Source: the human T2T-CHM13v2.0 reference genome, Homo sapiens | Assembly: GCF_009914755.1 (NCBI RefSeq) | Contig: NC_060928.1 | Strand: one strand, 5' to 3' | DNA length: 64,000 nt | Part shown: positions 59,741-64,000 of the stretch, piece by piece | Numbering within the stretch: the stretch's first letter is position 1 | Layout: each line of letters starts with the position of its first letter | Made by a program: the position numbers and the translations under genes | Notes under the pieces: generated by a model | The model's database searches: none | What the model was told of the DNA's origin: nothing | The model's input: the letters and a program-made list of their open reading frames with translations, nothing else

Positions 59741-60054
59741 ATACTGAAGAGCTAGTATGATTTAAGAGTTAAAAGTCTATCGGCCACTGTATCTTCAGAA
59801 CACAATAGGTGCTCAATAAATATTTTTTATGTTTTGGCTTTAATGCTGAGTAATTACCTGATGTTGGGCAGTTACTTAATCTCCTTTAACTTAAATTTTC
59901 TTATCCATAAGATAGTATAAAACAACTCTGAGAAGTAGACGTATCTAGTTCTTTTCATTCTTTACATAAACTACCTGACACACTATAAGCATTAAATGAA
60001 TGTCATTTGATCTGTTATTATCTTTTTAATAATACAAGACCCTAAGATATTAGT

Positions 60055-60688
60055 TGTGAAAGGGAAAATAAATCTCAGGACCTCCAAATCACTAAGCCAA
60101 AAGGAAAAACTAAGCTGGCAACTGTGTCAGGCAAACTTGCCTCCCATTTTATTCCCAAATAAGATAGCTACAACAATTAAAAAAAAAAAAAAGCTACATA
60201 CTTCCCTCACAATTTGCCTACTAGGAAATTCCTTGTGGGCCTCAAGATCTTTACACTAAAATGGTTATGTTGAACTTTACCCTGATAATGTATTTTGATA
60301 GCTTATCTTCATGAGTGCAGGACAAAAGAGTTCTAAGTCATCCCTCTGCTAACCTGACACCAATGCACATGTGACTTTTCCTCTGATGTAAAAATGCAGA
60401 TTCGCTGAGCTAGACAAGGCTTAAGTGGCTATTCCTCTACTCCCCTCTCACAGGTATATTGTGTATTCAGTGAAAGGCTGATCAAAGACTCAAAAGAATA
60501 CAACTGCTTGTCTCTTATCTACCCACACCTTTTAAAAATTTCTTCCTCTTTCCCCTTCAAATATTGAAGCTCTCAAAATCATCTTCGGAGAAAGGCACAA
60601 ACCTACCTCCCAGATGTGCATCCTTCATCTGGGCAAAATAAACTTTCTAAATTGATTGAGACCTGTCTCAGATACTTCTTGGTTCACA
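60055..60688 (+). mobile_element. MER4-family (ERV1) solo LTR
   Basis: TGTGAAAGGGAAAATAAATCTCAGGACC...gagacctgtctcagatac...ggttcaca; flanks tagt/tggt. Confidence 0.85.
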
Positions 60689-60749
60689 TGGTATAGGGGC
60701 AGCATCAGAGCTGTATTACACTGCTAAAGCTTCAGATGAGAATATAGTA

Positions 60750-61055
60750 CCAGATGTGGTGGCACACCCATGCAGTCTCAGCTACTACAGATACTGAGGC
60801 AGGAGGATTGCTTGAGTCCAGGAGTTCTAAGCTGTAGTTCACTACGCCAATCATATATCAACACAAAGTTCACCATCAGTATGGTGACCTCCAAGGAGAG
60901 GGGGATCACCAGGTCGCCTAAGAAGAGGTAAACCAGCTCAGGTCAGAAACTGAGCAGGTCAAAACTCTTATGCTGATCAGTAGTGGAATCATGCCTCAGA
61001 ACAGCCCTTGCACTCCAGCCTGAGCAATTCAGCAAGTCCCCATCTCGGAAAACAA
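60750..61055 (+). pseudogene. 7SL (SRP) RNA processed pseudogene, near full length and diverged
   Basis: S-domain motifs atggtgacctcc, accaggtcgcctaagaagagg and gagcaggtcaaaactc...gctgatcagtagtgg lie between Alu-domain ends. Confidence 0.9.
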
Positions 61056-61687
61056 TAATTAAGAAGGCCAGGATGGTGTATCACACCTGTAGGGCCAAGA
61101 CTTTGGGGAGGCCAAGGCAAGAGGATCACTTGAGTCCAGGAGTTCGAGACTAACCTGGACAACATAGTGAGACTGCATCTCTACAAATAATAATAATAAA
61201 TAATAATAATGAAAAAGATAAAAGCAATATAATCTAATTACAACTCATGAAAAATTTAGATGTCATTCTTATTTGTTAAGACAAACATTAACACAGCATT
61301 TTACAAGGATAGAAAGTAAACTAATGAATTGTTTAAAGAAAGAATTCGCTTTTGAAAATGAGAATGAGGTCGTTTTGAGGAAAACCAAGTGTAAGGACTA
61401 TATAGTTTTTAACAATTTAGGCTCATAAGCCAGAACTGAAGATAAATAATTTTGGCAACAAGCACTCATATCATGAGACTTACTTTAGGAATAAATAATT
61501 AATCCAGATGTTTAAAAATGATGCTAGAAATTAACAGGATAAGAAAAGTTGCAAGAAAGCTCTTTAATCTGGAAGAGAACTTACAGCTCATTTTACAAGA
61601 AAAAATTGATTGAAGAGGCTAATTGGAAAGTGATATAACTTGCCAATCATAAAAATAACTTTTCATTTCAAGAGTCTCATACCATAA

Positions 61688-62022
<335 letters not shown>

Positions 62023-62203
62023 TGATCCACCCACCTTGGCCTCCCAAAGTGCTGGGATTACAGGCGTTAGCCACCATGCCCGGCCAAACTTATACATATA
62101 TTCTTGTGTGGTATACACATGGTCTCATACCATGACTAATAACAGCTTAAATATTCACGGCCTTGACACTGAGTAATCCAATTAACATACATGTTCATTC
62201 ATA

Positions 62204-62477
<274 letters not shown>

Positions 62478-62578
62478 TGATCCACCCTCTTCAGCCTCCC
62501 AAAGCGCTGGGATTTCAGGCATGAGCCACCACACCCAGCCTTAATCTTACACATATATTCTTATGTACTATACACATA

Positions 62579-62935
62579 CAGTGATGCATTGCTTAATGGC
62601 AGAAATATATCCTAAGAAAGGCATCCTTAGGTCCTTAGGCAATTTTGGACATAAGGATTTTGTCATTGTGCAAACCTTATAGAGCGTACTTACACAGACA
62701 TAGATGGTGTAGCCTGCCTACACACCTAGGCTACACAATATGGCTTATTGCTCCCAGTCTCCAAACCTGTACAGCATGTTACTATACTGAATACTATAGA
62801 CAACTCTAACACAATGGAAAGTATTTGTGTATCTAAACATATTTGAATATAGAAAAGGTACAGTAAAACTAAGGTATTATAATCTTACAGGACTACTGTT
62901 GTGTATCTGATCCATCACTGACTAAAATATCATTA
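62579..62935 (-). mobile_element. Tigger3a/MER7-like DNA transposon
   Basis: aaacctgtacagcatgttact, gtatttgtgtatctaaacata and tagaaaaggtacagtaaaa. Confidence 0.82.
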
Positions 62936-63495
62936 ATCTCTCTCTCTTATACACACACACGGAGGTAAGAAATGAACTTAGATAACTTGTGACATCATCA
63001 AAATTCTGTATAATTTTTTTTTTTTATACTGGGTCTCACTCTGTCAACCAGGCTGGAGTGCAGTGGCATCACATTACAGCTCACTGCAGCCTCAACCTCC
63101 TGGGCTCAAGCAATCCTCCTGCCTCAGGCTCCTGAGTAGCTAGGACTATAGGCACATGCCACCAAACCCAACTAAGGTTTTTTTCATTTTTTGCAGAGAT
63201 AGGGTCTCATTTGTTGCCCAGGCAGGTCTGAAACTCCTGGCTTCAAGCAATCCTCCCATCTCAGCCTCCCAAAGTGCTGGAATTACAGGCATGAGCCACA
63301 GTACCCAGGGCTTTGGAGATATTTTGATGCTTCCTTTATCAGGCACGTTTTGACACTTCTAGAAATCTTCAACCAAAGAACTAGACTAGTCAGGTTCCCA
63401 GGCATAACCTAATCAACGACGATTTGTTCAACCTGTTTTATGATGGTGAAAATTGAACAGCAAAGTATCATCTAAATATACTCTGGATAAACTCG

Positions 63496-63546
63496 GGGCC
63501 AGTGGCGCAATGGATAACGCGTCTGACTACGGATCAGAAGATTCTA
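63496..63546 (+). pseudogene. 3'-truncated tRNA-Arg(ACG) retrocopy (first 51 nt, no tail)
   Basis: GGGCCAGTGGCGCAATGGATAACGCGTCTGACTACGGATCAGAAGATTCTA matches the recalled 5' part of human tRNA-Arg-ACG. It lacks the T-loop and 3' acceptor strand and is flanked by the 19-nt direct repeat TCTAAATATACTCTGGATA (63471-63489, 63543-63561). Confidence 0.92.
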
Positions 63547-63578
63547 AATATACTCTGGATAGAAATACAGGTTAAAAC

Positions 63579-63979
63579 TTTAACTCGCATCCGTGTGAAG
63601 AGACCACCAAACAGGCTTTGTGTGAGCAACAAGGCTGTTTATTTCACCTGGGTGCAGGCGGGCTGAGTCCGAAGAAAGAGTCAGAGAAGGGAGATAGGGG
63701 TGGGAACGTTTTATAGGATTTGGGTAGGTAATGGAAAATTACAGTCAAAGGCGGTAGTTCTCTGGCGGGCAGGGGTGGGGGTCACCAGGTGCTCAGTGGG
63801 GGAGCTTTTGAGCCAGGATGAGCCAGAAGAAGGAACTTCACAAGGTAATGTCATCGATTAAGGCAGGAACAGGCCATTTTCACTTCTTTTGTGATTCTTC
63901 AGTTACTTCAGGCCATCTGGATGTATACGTGCAGGTCACAGGAGATATGATGGCTTAGCTTGGACTCAGAGGCCTGACA
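63579..63979 (-). mobile_element. LTR7-family LTR (HERV-H 3' LTR)
   Basis: Minus strand begins TGTCAGGCCTCTGAGTCCAAGCTAAGCC and ends ...CTTCACACGGATGCGAGTTAAA. It contains TATAAAA (63715-63709) and AATAAA (63643-63638). Confidence 0.93.
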
Positions 63980-64000
63980 TTCCTGTCTTCTTATATTAAT
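63980..64000 (-). mobile_element. HERV-H internal 3' end with polypurine tract; the provirus continues beyond the window
   Basis: ATTAATATAAGAAGACAGGAA immediately precedes the LTR's TG on the minus strand. Confidence 0.8.

Noticed and set aside
63496-63546. Functional tRNA gene, or primer-binding site of the adjacent LTR
   Set aside because: It lacks the T-loop/B box and 3' acceptor strand. A PBS would match a tRNA 3' end (His for HERV-H) and abut a 5' LTR; this is a 5' Arg fragment with its own TSD.

Overview
Human or great-ape genomic DNA, almost entirely intronic and rich in Alu and L1 elements. It lies inside the ETS transcription factor gene ELF2 (minus strand). Three ELF2 exons can be read directly: a non-coding 85-nt exon (45030-45114), the 238-nt start-codon exon (43247-43484) and a 166-nt coding exon (30796-30961), together encoding residues 1-79. 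Embedded in the introns are a young PPP1R14B processed pseudogene with a single +1 frameshift, two 7SL pseudogenes, a tailless 5' tRNA-Arg(ACG) retrocopy, a ~50-bp SVA stub and the 3' LTR7 of a sense-oriented HERV-H provirus at the right edge. There are also solo LTRs, an internally deleted L1PB-type element, MITEs and roughly 60 Alu copies or fragments. Nearly all ORFs in the supplied track are repeat-derived artefacts. I found no evidence of a new multi-gene system. The best leads are a 214-aa chimeric ORF created by the pseudogene frameshift, a circRNA-type ORF from the three ELF2 exons, two uORFs, a hairpin-containing poison-exon candidate, a young/old chimeric Alu lacking a TSD, and the tRNA and SVA micro-insertions. 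Gene and repeat names come from recalled reference sequences, not from searches.
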